Shown here: positions 1 through 9,142 of the stretch, piece after piece
How positions within the stretch are numbered: position 1 is the stretch's first letter
Layout: each line of letters starts with the position of its first letter
Source: an uncultured Planctomycetia bacterium
GTDB lineage: Bacteria > Omnitrophota > Gorgyraeia > 1-14-0-20-64-10
Assembly (NCBI GenBank): GCA_964597545.1
Contig: CAZQXN010000005.1
Span: 12,647-76,646 of the forward strand
Length of the DNA: 64,000 bases
Reading direction: 5' to 3'
The notes under the pieces: generated by a model
The model's input: the letters and a program-made list of their open reading frames with translations, nothing else
Databases searched by the model: none
What the model was told of the DNA's origin: nothing
Program-made: the position numbers and the translations under genes

Positions 1-426
1 CTGAGAGCTTAAGCACACCTGGGGATAAAGCTCAAATTGCTCCAGCATCCAACCCAAGAGGCGGCTGTTTAAATCCGCCAACCGGGTTCCTGCCCTGAAA
101 AGGATCTCTCGAAAAGAGTCCATGGCAGTCTGAAAGCCCGGGGCCTTGCCATAAGCCTGCTCAAGCGTCTTACACATGCGCCTTGTCCACTCTGGAGTTG
201 ACTCCCGGGCGATGAGCACCTCGTTGATACGGGTCTCAAGTCCTGTGTGCTGAACTGGGACCGTGATCCAGGTTTCGCCGGTTTTAAGGCGCACGCGATT
301 CCTATTCTGAAAGTAATTCTTCCTGAACTGCACGTCATCTAAGAGGATGAGCTTATCGGCTATGCCCACCTTGTGGAAGAAGCCAAGCCACGGCGCAAAC
401 TCCGGTTGATGGATGGTGACACGCAT
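1..426 (-). CDS. WbqC-like family protein (putative glycyl transferase for amino sugars), 3' end truncated by the window edge
   Basis: Not in the ORF track. Manual translation from ATG 426, directly after the TAG of the PIG-L gene: MRVTIHQPEFAPWLGFFHKVGIADKLILLDDVQFRKNYFQNRNRVR...WITVPV. HQPxxxPWLGFF, LDDVQ and QNRN are WbqC hallmarks. Open to base 1. Confidence 0.9.
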   Translation of the reverse strand, partial: MRVTIHQPEFAPWLGFFHKVGIADKLILLDDVQFRKNYFQNRNRVRLKTGETWITVPVQHTGLETRINEVLIARESTPEWTRRMCKTLEQAYGKAPGFQTAMDSFREILFRAGTRLADLNSRLLGWMLEQFELYPQVCLSSQ

Positions 427-1092
427 CTATCTTTGCTCCCTCATAAGCATAAAGGCCTCTGCCGCGGCATGACCGCACTGCGCCCCACGCACCCTGGCCA
501 GCGCCTCCAACATCTCGGGACTTCTGGGATGCGGAAAGGGCCGGCTCTCCCGCTCATAAGCTTTCATGGCTGCGCACTTGGTCTTAAGCTCCTTGTCAAT
601 CTTCACGAAAAAATTGGGGGTAAAGGGTACTGCAGTACCCGGGAAAACCTGATGCGTTGCTGATGGGATTTCGTAAGCCAGAATGCGGCGCACAAAGGGA
701 ACCGCAGCTGGGCGCAGGGCGATGTTGGCGGCATGGGCAGTGATCCGGTGATCTTGATGCAGATCCCCTGCGTGCGGAATCAAGATCGATTCCGGCTGGA
801 TTTGGGCTGCCAACTTCTCAAGCAGATCCAAAAGCTCGGTAAAGCGCTCACCTAAGCGTTCATCCGGCAGGTCAAAGAAATGCAGCTGTTGGTACCCCAA
901 GCACTTCTGTGCGGCCCGGGCGCTTGCCTTTTCTGCCTCAATGGCGGCCGGGTCATAGGTGCGCTGATAGGCGCGATTGCACAGGACGGCGACGTGCACC
1001 TCCTCCCCCGCTGCCACATGCCGGGCAATGGCACCCCCGCAGCCCAATACCTCGTCATCCATGTGGGGCGCAACGACAAGAAGCTTAGCCAC
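427..1092 (-). CDS. PIG-L/LmbE family N-deacetylase
   Basis: APHMDDEVLG (PHxDDE), DLHQDH and C-terminal PHPRS...RG...AEAF motifs. Confidence 0.92.
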   Translation of the reverse strand: MAKLLVVAPHMDDEVLGCGGAIARHVAAGEEVHVAVLCNRAYQRTYDPAAIEAEKASARAAQKCLGYQQLHFFDLPDERLGERFTELLDLLEKLAAQIQPESILIPHAGDLHQDHRITAHAANIALRPAAVPFVRRILAYEIPSATHQVFPGTAVPFTPNFFVKIDKELKTKCAAMKAYERESRPFPHPRSPEMLEALARVRGAQCGHAAAEAFMLMREQR

Positions 1093-1765
1093 TCAACTGC
1101 CCTCCTGAAGGTTGTAATGTGCGAAGTGTTCGGAATTCCTCCGGCGTGGCACTCAAGGCATGGTCCCGTATGACTTGCGACTCCTTGTTCAGGGTGAAAT
1201 GCTTCTCGATGTAACTTGCCCCGCGCGAGAGCGCGCAGAAACAAGCAGCCAGATCCCGGCAATGATCACTGTAGCCAAAAAAGCCAGACCGATCAAAGCG
1301 GTCCGGAAAATCAACAAGGTCGTAAGCTTCAGTGGGATATTTGGAGCGGCAGTAGATGTAGTACAGCTGCCCCTGAGGCGGGCCAAAGGGCCAGCCTGGT
1401 TTGTCCCACATGCCAAGGGAGACATAAGTTTCCTTCCCCTCAGCCAAGATGCGCTCACACAAGTCCGGCCGATCCACCACGGTGCGGGAAGCGATCTTGT
1501 ATCGGGATAGCTTCACCGCATGCGCCCAGGTGAGGGCCTCGTCACTGAAGATCGAAGCGAACAGCTCAATGCCGGCCTGGTCGCACCAGCGCTTAAGTGT
1601 CAGCACGCGCTCCTCATCCATGGCATTGATCTCACTTGGGCCCGAGCGCCAACCGAACTGAAACTTGGCCAGGTCAGCCCCGGCCTGCTTGGCCTGTTGG
1701 ATGAGCCGGCGGGCCAGCTCCCAATCTCCGTCGTGGTTTAAACCGATCTCAGCGACAAGCAGCAT
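1085..1765 (-). CDS. Short NeuB-family (nonulosonate synthase) protein, TIM barrel only, no SAF domain
   Basis: AEIGLNHDG, KFQ, YKIASR, GYSDH, IEKHFT and RDHALS motifs. Only 226 aa. Confidence 0.88.
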   Translation of the reverse strand: MLLVAEIGLNHDGDWELARRLIQQAKQAGADLAKFQFGWRSGPSEINAMDEERVLTLKRWCDQAGIELFASIFSDEALTWAHAVKLSRYKIASRTVVDRPDLCERILAEGKETYVSLGMWDKPGWPFGPPQGQLYYIYCRSKYPTEAYDLVDFPDRFDRSGFFGYSDHCRDLAACFCALSRGASYIEKHFTLNKESQVIRDHALSATPEEFRTLRTLQPSGGQLSG

Positions 1766-2690
1766 CCAGGGGCTCCAGGCATTCTTTAAAGGACAACGTC
1801 ATCTCCACCATGCCGCGCCGCAGATGAAAATCCCCTGTGCTCTGCGTATTGAGGCCCGGAACGGCCGTCACCGCATGGCGGAATCCTGCGGATTTAAGCA
1901 GCTCAATGGTTTCATCGTCAAAATGGCGCGTTTCCCCCTCTGGGTAGGCAAACAACTCCACGGAAGTCCCAAGCTTTGACTCTAGGGCTGCCTTGGAGGC
2001 GCCAATCTGCCGCTCTTTTTCCCTGCGGGGCAGATGCGACAAGACCGGGTGATCCACGGTGTGTGCGCCGAATTGACAGAGGCCCGTTTCGCGCATCTGA
2101 TGGATCTGATTCCAGGTTAAGGTTTGATAATCCTCATAATCGTAGCGAGGCGAGACCTCGCAGCTGAGCTCCATCTCCTTGATGACGGATTCCGTCAGCC
2201 CTGGGGTGGTCTTCAAGAGCAGCTTGATGGTTTTTAAGGCCGCCTCTTTTTCCTCCAGACTGCGCAGAGAGAAAGTTCGATCCAGCGAAGGAAGGATCGC
2301 CTCCGGCAATTCGGTTTCGTTGATCAGGTACTCCAACTTGTCCACCCAAAAGATCCTGGGGGTGTCCACAAATCCGGAAGTCAGAAAGAATGTGGCTGGA
2401 ATTTTGTGCTCCACCAAAATGGGAAGGGCCACGGTGCAGTTGTTGGCAAAGCCGTCATCAAAGGTCACCGCGACCGCTCGAGGCGGAAGCACCCCGTTGG
2501 TTCGCACCTTGAGCAGCTCTGAGAGCCCCATTACGGTATATTCCTTTTCGAGCTGGGCCATTTGGCGCGCAAACACCTCTGCCGTCAAGTGCTTACGCGA
2601 GCAGTTGGCAATGCCGTGCTGCATGGGCTCACGCGTCACGCCATGATAGAGAAGAATGACAAAGGGGTTTTCAGTTGAGTGTTGCGACAT
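1749..2690 (-). CDS. Polysaccharide deacetylase (NodB/CE4)
   Basis: LLYHGV, VTFDDG, GAHTVDHP and FAYPEG motifs. Confidence 0.9.
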   Translation of the reverse strand: MSQHSTENPFVILLYHGVTREPMQHGIANCSRKHLTAEVFARQMAQLEKEYTVMGLSELLKVRTNGVLPPRAVAVTFDDGFANNCTVALPILVEHKIPATFFLTSGFVDTPRIFWVDKLEYLINETELPEAILPSLDRTFSLRSLEEKEAALKTIKLLLKTTPGLTESVIKEMELSCEVSPRYDYEDYQTLTWNQIHQMRETGLCQFGAHTVDHPVLSHLPRREKERQIGASKAALESKLGTSVELFAYPEGETRHFDDETIELLKSAGFRHAVTAVPGLNTQSTGDFHLRRGMVEMTLSFKECLEPLDAACR

Positions 2691-3381
2691 GGTCTTGAAG
2701 CCTTTGATCGGCCAACGTGAGTTTGTCCTTTGGAATCATCGAATAGTACTGAGAGCGAGAAAGGTCCTGGGGCACTCCTGTCGACAGATGCCCCGTTTTA
2801 AGCTCCTCCAGCACCTCTTCCGCAAGTTCGGCCGCCAAGACCGTTGTATGAAAACGGATGTGGTGCGCGCGCATGTCGCGCGTAAGCCTCAATTTCTTCT
2901 GACGCAGGATCGGTCCGGTATCCAGACGTTGCGCCAGCCTGTGTAGGGTGGTGCCGATCTTCTCAAAATCACCCAGATAAAAAGCCCAGAGATTGGAATC
3001 CAGCCCCCTGTAGTTCGGAAGAATGCCGCGGTGAACGTTCATGCTTAAGCGGGGCAGCGAAAAGAGTTCCTCTGCCACTTTGCCGGTGCCAAAGGTCACT
3101 AAGAAATCCGGATTGAATGTCCGGATTTGCTTGAAGCAGCCCGCATCATTGACGCTGCGGACTTTGAACAGGTTGCTCTGCCCCGAAAAGTCTTTCGGCA
3201 GCGCCTCAAAAAAACGATCCTCATAACGATCGCGGAGTCGTTCGAAAGCCTCATCCTCCGCCTGGTGTGGGGGGTTCGGCGGATCCTGCTCCAAGACGAC
3301 CACCGTTGACGATCCTTGCGCCAGGCGGTTGGCGAAGTAGCGGTGATGCTTGGTGTCGGTGGTCAAGATCACTCCCTTCAT
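2671..3381 (-). CDS. Formyltransferase (N10-formyl-THF dependent, N-terminal domain), likely sugar N-formyltransferase
   Basis: MNVHRGILPNYRG and RLDTGPI (Asn/His/Asp catalytic motifs). Confidence 0.85.
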   Translation of the reverse strand: MKGVILTTDTKHHRYFANRLAQGSSTVVVLEQDPPNPPHQAEDEAFERLRDRYEDRFFEALPKDFSGQSNLFKVRSVNDAGCFKQIRTFNPDFLVTFGTGKVAEELFSLPRLSMNVHRGILPNYRGLDSNLWAFYLGDFEKIGTTLHRLAQRLDTGPILRQKKLRLTRDMRAHHIRFHTTVLAAELAEEVLEELKTGHLSTGVPQDLSRSQYYSMIPKDKLTLADQRLQDHVATLN

Positions 3382-4790
3382 GGCGAACCCAATGGGGTTT
3401 TTACAGCAGGCAAGCGCTTAAGAAGGGCTTCTTCGGTTGGCTGCAAGTCCCCATGGCCTTTGATTCGCAAGCTTTCCTCCAGGGACATGACGATGTGGCC
3501 GGTCTTTTGGGTGGAGGCCATTTTTTGATCTTGAAGGACATCCCGCCAAAATACCTTGATGGCGCCGTTGTCTACATACAGCGCCTCACGCTCTAAGCGG
3601 ATCTTCTGGTGCATCCCGGGGTTTAAGGGCTCCAGTCCATGTGCGCGGTGGGCAAAATGGAGATCGTAATCTTCATAGACACTTAAAACTGTGTCTGCGT
3701 TGTAGAGCAGCAGGGTGTCCACGGCCTTTTGAATGTGTTCTGCCCGGCGCAGGGGGGTGTGGAGATTAAGTAAAATCAAGATGTCCGGGAAAAACTGATG
3801 CCCCTTTTCCAGAACCTCCACCGCGTGATGCAGGACTTGGGGGTACCATACCTGCGGGCCGGAAAGGTCCGCGGGGCGCAGCTCAGTTATGACCCCTTCC
3901 CTGCCTTGGCAATGCGCTACCACTTGGGGGTCATCGGCGCTGACCAAGATCTGCTCAAAAAGCTGAGCCTCTCGCGCGGCATCCAGCGTCCAATCGATTA
4001 ACGGTTTTCCGGCAAATTCCCTCAGAACGATGTTGGGCATCTCCGGGTAACTGTTCTTAGCCGGCACAACCGCTGTGATTCTGGGCTTCACCTTGCCCTG
4101 GCTTCGCTTGGCCAACTCTCGCTTGATTTGACTGCGCGCAGAAAGTATTCGGTTTTGATCGCGGGAAATCTCCTGAGAATGCTGCCGATAGTAAAACAGG
4201 GGTGTAGAGACATTGGCCACCGGATATCGGTGCATGACCTTAAGCCACAGCTCGTAACCATCCTGCACCTCTGTTGTTTCGCTGTAGCCGCCGATGCTTT
4301 TTAAGATCCGCCTTCGGACCATGGTGCAGGCGCCGTGGGCCGGCAGGTCCAGGAGCTTCGCCTCTTCCCCAATTCGCTTGCGCTGCTCGACTCCCAAGAC
4401 CTTGCCTGCTTCATCCACATACAGGTAGTTCGGATAAACCAGGGCCGCCTCGGGGTGGCGATCCAGATAGCTTGACAAGACCAGCAGTGCGTTTTCGTCC
4501 AAATAGTCATCGGCATCCAGGCGCATGAAGTATTCCCCCCGCGCCGCCTCCAGGGCGGTGTTGGCGCATGCCTGCAGGCCGCGCGATGCCGGATGCTTAA
4601 GAAGACGGATTTTCTGGGGGTACTTTGCAGCGAAGCGTGCCGCGATTGAAGCGGTCTCATCCTGCGACCCATCGTCCACCACCAGCAGTTCCCAGTCTGA
4701 AGCGGTTTGGGCCACTACGCTTGCAATGGCCTGCTCCAGGAACCTGCCGTACTGTTGGCAGGGGATGTAGATTGTGGCCTTAGGGCGCAT
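3378..4790 (-). CDS. GT2 glycosyltransferase fused to a degenerate NeuA/CMP-sugar synthetase-like domain
   Basis: Start moved to ATG 4790 (RBS AGGAG, overlaps the upstream gene). N-terminal VVDDGS and RLDADD are GT2. C-terminal AVVPAK...GKPLIDWTL...TPLR...YVDNGAI is cytidylyltransferase fold. Confidence 0.87.
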   Translation of the reverse strand: MRPKATIYIPCQQYGRFLEQAIASVVAQTASDWELLVVDDGSQDETASIAARFAAKYPQKIRLLKHPASRGLQACANTALEAARGEYFMRLDADDYLDENALLVLSSYLDRHPEAALVYPNYLYVDEAGKVLGVEQRKRIGEEAKLLDLPAHGACTMVRRRILKSIGGYSETTEVQDGYELWLKVMHRYPVANVSTPLFYYRQHSQEISRDQNRILSARSQIKRELAKRSQGKVKPRITAVVPAKNSYPEMPNIVLREFAGKPLIDWTLDAAREAQLFEQILVSADDPQVVAHCQGREGVITELRPADLSGPQVWYPQVLHHAVEVLEKGHQFFPDILILLNLHTPLRRAEHIQKAVDTLLLYNADTVLSVYEDYDLHFAHRAHGLEPLNPGMHQKIRLEREALYVDNGAIKVFWRDVLQDQKMASTQKTGHIVMSLEESLRIKGHGDLQPTEEALLKRLPAVKTPLGSP

Positions 4791-6165
4791 GAGATTCTCC
4801 TGGTTCTTGAAGGGCGCTGTAGAGCAGCTCTGCGTACCGCTTATAGCCGAGTTGATTAAAGTGGCCTGCGTCTCCATAGAGCCGCTCCTGACGTGCCAAG
4901 CGGCGCAGGTCCGGTGTCACATCGACATAAGCGAGATTGTGCGCGCGCGCAATCCCGGAAAGAACCTCCGAGAGAATGCGCTGGTGTTCGAAGCTTTCGG
5001 TCCATACTTGAGGATCATCGGTTCCGGTGATGCGCTCTGCCTGGTCTGCGTATACCGTGGCCGCCGAGGGAATGTAACTTAGGCAAACCTGAGCCGAGGT
5101 CTGACTGCGCAGATTCTCCAGAGTCTTCGCCACAATCGTCAGTCCCGCGGAAAGCTCATCGCCCGCCTGATCCTTTGCGAGCAGGTCCGGTGAGCAATGC
5201 TCCAGAGGGATGCGCACTTGGGAGGCGCCGATGGTCAGGTGGGCTTCGGGCATCGCCCCGGCTTGAGCCTGAAGGGTTCCCTGAAACAAAGAGGCAATCG
5301 CAGATCCTCTCACCCATCGATCGCTTCGGCGGTTAGGGCGTCCATAGTACTGCTCTAGGGGAGCTGCCCGATCCATGACGCCCTGCAGGCGCAGGGCATC
5401 GGAGAGGTCGTTGCCCTCATAGAAATTCACAATGACAAGATCCGGCCTCTTTTGGATGCCAAAACGCTCAAAGGCCAACAACCACTGTTGAGGTGCTCCG
5501 CCCAGGTCGCCTAAGCTGTATGCCGTTAAGCCGGCGAGTTTCGAAAAGTGCTCGGCGATCGTCACACGGCTCGTTCCGCGGGTGAAGGAATCCCCGAGAA
5601 AAAGAACATCCAGCGTGTTGTTTTTGCTGTAGAGTCCGGGGCGGTTCCTAAAGCCCGCCTCATCGACTACGACTGGAACCCAGCGATCTCCGGCATCCTC
5701 AGTGCGAAGGAGCCCCGAATGATTTGGGGTCAGCCTACGCAGATAGCCCTCTGTCACGTAGTTTCCGGTCAGCAGATCAAAGGGAAGCGCCGGCTGATTG
5801 GGTTTTCCAGATCGGGCTGCATTCAGCGCTGCAGCGCGGGCAATGATGCGGGGTGGCATCTCCTGAAGAAGCTGCTCAGGCACGAGGAAGGGGTTCTGCC
5901 AGAGTGCAAACTCCGCCAGAGCGATAGAGCCGGCACCCCCGACAAAGAGCGCCAAGGCGCGCTTGCTCCAAAGTTCGGATCGACTGATGAAGAGAAGGCC
6001 CCCCGCAAAAAGCGCCATCCCCGCAAGGAACGCAAAACGGGTTTTGGAATATATCCAGATGGCAGCATCCACGCTGGGTTCCAAGGCGAAGAGGGCGGTT
6101 GCGAGCAGCAGAATGATCCCCAGCCCCCGCGTTACTCCCTGCGCCACAAGGGTTGCTGATAACAT
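4780..6165 (-). CDS. Membrane-anchored SGNH/AlgJ-AlgX-like protein (putative O-acetyltransferase or esterase)
   Basis: Start moved to ATG 6165 (TGATG overlap). About 3 N-terminal hydrophobic segments; FLGDSFT, YEGND and DAGHFN motifs. Confidence 0.75.
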   Translation of the reverse strand: MLSATLVAQGVTRGLGIILLLATALFALEPSVDAAIWIYSKTRFAFLAGMALFAGGLLFISRSELWSKRALALFVGGAGSIALAEFALWQNPFLVPEQLLQEMPPRIIARAAALNAARSGKPNQPALPFDLLTGNYVTEGYLRRLTPNHSGLLRTEDAGDRWVPVVVDEAGFRNRPGLYSKNNTLDVLFLGDSFTRGTSRVTIAEHFSKLAGLTAYSLGDLGGAPQQWLLAFERFGIQKRPDLVIVNFYEGNDLSDALRLQGVMDRAAPLEQYYGRPNRRSDRWVRGSAIASLFQGTLQAQAGAMPEAHLTIGASQVRIPLEHCSPDLLAKDQAGDELSAGLTIVAKTLENLRSQTSAQVCLSYIPSAATVYADQAERITGTDDPQVWTESFEHQRILSEVLSGIARAHNLAYVDVTPDLRRLARQERLYGDAGHFNQLGYKRYAELLYSALQEPGESHAP

Positions 6166-7937
6166 CAGGCCCACCGCCTCCAGTCTAATTCCACGCAAAC
6201 CTCTGCTGGGACAGAGCGCTGCATGATGTGCGCATTCTTTTGAAGGAGCTCCTCATGGTTTTGGAAGAAGCTCACCAGATCATCCATCCGATAGGTCAAC
6301 CCCTTGCCCTGCTTCTTCATGTCCACCAAAAAGGATCGGATCACTCCGTAGTCTTCCCGAGTATCCATGGTCAAGCGCCAGGAGCGGGCGTGACCGGGGT
6401 CGATCAGGGGGATGTGGCTGGAGCGAAATTGCTCCAGGTGAGCCGTAAGATAGCTTGTCAGGTATTCGCTTACTGAGAGGTCGCGCGCTGCTGCGTGGAT
6501 GTACCGCAGCAACCGGACGTCCAGCACTTCAAAATCCGCTCCCTTGGGCACTGCCTTTAAATCCGAATACTCGGCGCCGCTGGTCAGATGATGTTTGACG
6601 GCGTGATCCACGTACTCCGGATCAATCAGAATGTCGTCTCCTGTGATCCTCAAAATCGCATCTACAGGTTCCCGGCCCAGAGCACCGATCATCCGGCCCA
6701 AGACATCCTGGGTCGGGCCGCGATAACAGCGCACCCCAACTGCCTTCGCCGTTTGTGCCAACACAGCATCTTCGGCAGCCTCAGTTGTGCAGAGCACAAT
6801 CCGGTCTAGGCCTTTGGCCCGCTGAAGGCGCCGCAGCAGGTGCTCGATGGCCGGCATCCCGGCCACATCCAGCATGGCCTTGCCGGGCAGCCTCTCGGAA
6901 GCCATGCGAGCTGCGACCAGCGCCCAAACGGTCTCCTCAAGATCCAGGCGATTGACCGGATGCTCTTCGGGGATATCCCGCTTAAGCTTTTTACCCGCAA
7001 GGAGATTCAGCTCGAGAGGCTCGGCCGAGACGGCCTCTACACGCTTCATCACCAGATCTTCTGGGGTGAGGTTTTCTCCTGCCTGCATGGATCGGTTGGT
7101 CACCCAATGTTTTTTGACTGCCTTGCGGTAATTCTTCTCAGCCCCACTGAACGTTACAGGAGAAACGCCTATGGCCTGCTCAATGGAGCGAACCTGCCCG
7201 ACCCAGTGAGCAAACTCATCGGGATTAAGGGATGAGTAGTAGTCGATGCCCTTCTGGGAGCGGTTCAGTGTAATGTGTTTCTCGAGCACCGTTGCCCCCA
7301 TCCCGACGGCTGCCAGCGGAACGGAAAGCGCCAAGGGGTTTTCGGCATCCACATGGTCCTCACAGCCGATTTCACACCGATCCCCAAAAAGCTCAGCCAG
7401 ATAGCGGATGCGGTCAAGATTACAGTCCTCAACAGCTGTGGGATAACCCTGAAAACCGTGCAGCAGCACCGGGCGGTGTTTGCTCTGCGAACCGGTTAAT
7501 CGTTGAACCGCTTCGGCGATCTCGGGCAAGGTGCATCCGCCAAGCCCCAAGAAGATCTTCTGGGGAGTCTTTGCCAGAGTGTCCAAGAGATGGACATTTC
7601 CCAAATCAGAAGCATGCGCCTTTACCCCGTGCACAGAAAGCTCCTGTGCAAGGGTTTGGGACTGGAGGCCGAAAACGTCGCAATAGACCCTGCCGCGGCC
7701 GCCACGGATCAGCCGAGTCAAAAGCTCCCGCCACACCTCCTGAGTAAAGGCGCGCTGCTTGAAGTGTTCAAAGCGGGAGTGCGCTCGAACCAACATCTCC
7801 TCGGGCTGGTAGACCTGGAACTTCACGGCATCTGCGCCGGCCTCAAAGGCTGCATGTGCCAGTTCAAGCGCGAGGGCGGGATCCCCCTGGTGCGCGCCTG
7901 CAATCTCCGCAATGATTTCAACCGGGGGACGGCTCAC
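6165..7937 (-). CDS. NeuB + SAF + SpsF-type cytidylyltransferase fusion
   Basis: IIAEIAGAHQG, KFQ, EDH and LEKHIT (NeuB); GENLTPEDLVMKR (SAF); ARMASERLPGK, RITGD and RLTMDTRED (SpsF-like). Confidence 0.9.
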   Translation of the reverse strand: MSRPPVEIIAEIAGAHQGDPALALELAHAAFEAGADAVKFQVYQPEEMLVRAHSRFEHFKQRAFTQEVWRELLTRLIRGGRGRVYCDVFGLQSQTLAQELSVHGVKAHASDLGNVHLLDTLAKTPQKIFLGLGGCTLPEIAEAVQRLTGSQSKHRPVLLHGFQGYPTAVEDCNLDRIRYLAELFGDRCEIGCEDHVDAENPLALSVPLAAVGMGATVLEKHITLNRSQKGIDYYSSLNPDEFAHWVGQVRSIEQAIGVSPVTFSGAEKNYRKAVKKHWVTNRSMQAGENLTPEDLVMKRVEAVSAEPLELNLLAGKKLKRDIPEEHPVNRLDLEETVWALVAARMASERLPGKAMLDVAGMPAIEHLLRRLQRAKGLDRIVLCTTEAAEDAVLAQTAKAVGVRCYRGPTQDVLGRMIGALGREPVDAILRITGDDILIDPEYVDHAVKHHLTSGAEYSDLKAVPKGADFEVLDVRLLRYIHAAARDLSVSEYLTSYLTAHLEQFRSSHIPLIDPGHARSWRLTMDTREDYGVIRSFLVDMKKQGKGLTYRMDDLVSFFQNHEELLQKNAHIMQRSVPAEVCVELDWRRWA

Positions 7938-9142
7938 AACGCTGCCTCTTCATGGGCCAGCAGGGTACGCAGCTTCTGTGCGATCAAGCGGCCTGCCAAG
8001 CGGTGGCCCTGGGCATTCCAGTGTCCCTCGCCCAGCCGCGGACCAAAGCCGTGCAGAAAAACACCTCTGGATTGGGCCTCGCGGTGCAGCAGCGGTGCCA
8101 ACGCCAACAGGGCAATGTCATGCTGATCGGAAAATTCCTGAAGGCGCCGCTCCGGATAAAACAAATCACTTACCCCCATCTGTTCTTGAAATTGACGGCG
8201 AAGGTTGGAATCCGGATGGACCTGAATACCGTTTGATAAGGTGACCAGTAAGAAACGAGCCCCGCGAGCATGGACTTCGTCACGCATTTCAAGCAGTAGG
8301 CGCTCGGTAACGGTCCAGGCTTTTTTCCAGGTCGCATCTGCTGGGGGACGATAGACCAAGCTGTCCAAACCCGGCTCCTCCCCTGCTGTGGGGGGGAGGT
8401 TGGCTTGGGCCAAACCGCCCCGGGCATTCTGGAGCGCGTTCTTTGCGCGGCTGACAAGCTGCAGGCAGCGCACATGCTCCAGGGCTTGGTAATACAGCTG
8501 AAACGGCCGGCTCTGCCGAGTGCGCCAGGCTACATTCTTTCGGAATGAGTCGTCCAGATGCAGGCGATTGCCTTCAAGCACAAAGAAGGGGATCTGCTGG
8601 TTCTCTTCCAATTCGCGCACGTTGTTGCTGATGTCGTTTCCGGTGCAGAAGGCAAGAAGAACCACATCCGGATCATAGGCCCAGACGCGCCGGCGCAGGG
8701 TGATCAGTTCCTGAGCGGTGCCATAGCCGGAAACGCCGAAATTCATGATCTCCACAGGGCGGTCTTGGAAACCAGGGGATGCCGCCAACCCCTCTTTTGC
8801 GACCCACCAAAAGGTGCGCTCCAAGGGCATCTCCAGGGCAGCGGTATAGGAGTCGCCCAAGACGGCAATGCGTAAAGCCGATGGCGCTTTGCTCAAGTTG
8901 TGCTCCTGGTCTCTAAGCCCCTGAGAGTTGATTTGAATGAAGACTGGCTCCTCAATCTGCTCGCCCTTAAGCCACCCTTGAGCGTTGGGCCGATAAGCAT
9001 AACCCCGCTGTTCGTCAAAAACTCGAAAGGTTGGGTATCCAAAGTCAATCCCCGCCAGCCGCAATCCCGCCTCCAGGAGCAGGAACGCTGCAGTCAAGCC
9101 TCCAAACCCTAAGAAAACCCTAAGTACGCCTGAACGCTTCAT
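7934..9142 (-). CDS. SGNH/GDSL hydrolase-family protein with N-terminal membrane anchor
   Basis: LLLEAGLRL anchor; INSQGLRD, LGDSYT, NFGVSGYG, GND and EGHWNAQGH motifs. Confidence 0.85.
   Translation of the reverse strand: MKRSGVLRVFLGFGGLTAAFLLLEAGLRLAGIDFGYPTFRVFDEQRGYAYRPNAQGWLKGEQIEEPVFIQINSQGLRDQEHNLSKAPSALRIAVLGDSYTAALEMPLERTFWWVAKEGLAASPGFQDRPVEIMNFGVSGYGTAQELITLRRRVWAYDPDVVLLAFCTGNDISNNVRELEENQQIPFFVLEGNRLHLDDSFRKNVAWRTRQSRPFQLYYQALEHVRCLQLVSRAKNALQNARGGLAQANLPPTAGEEPGLDSLVYRPPADATWKKAWTVTERLLLEMRDEVHARGARFLLVTLSNGIQVHPDSNLRRQFQEQMGVSDLFYPERRLQEFSDQHDIALLALAPLLHREAQSRGVFLHGFGPRLGEGHWNAQGHRLAGRLIAQKLRTLLAHEEAAL

Noticed and set aside
69-338. 89-aa minus-strand ORF in the track
   Set aside because: Wrong frame; the WbqC-like frame (426 to beyond base 1) has clear family motifs
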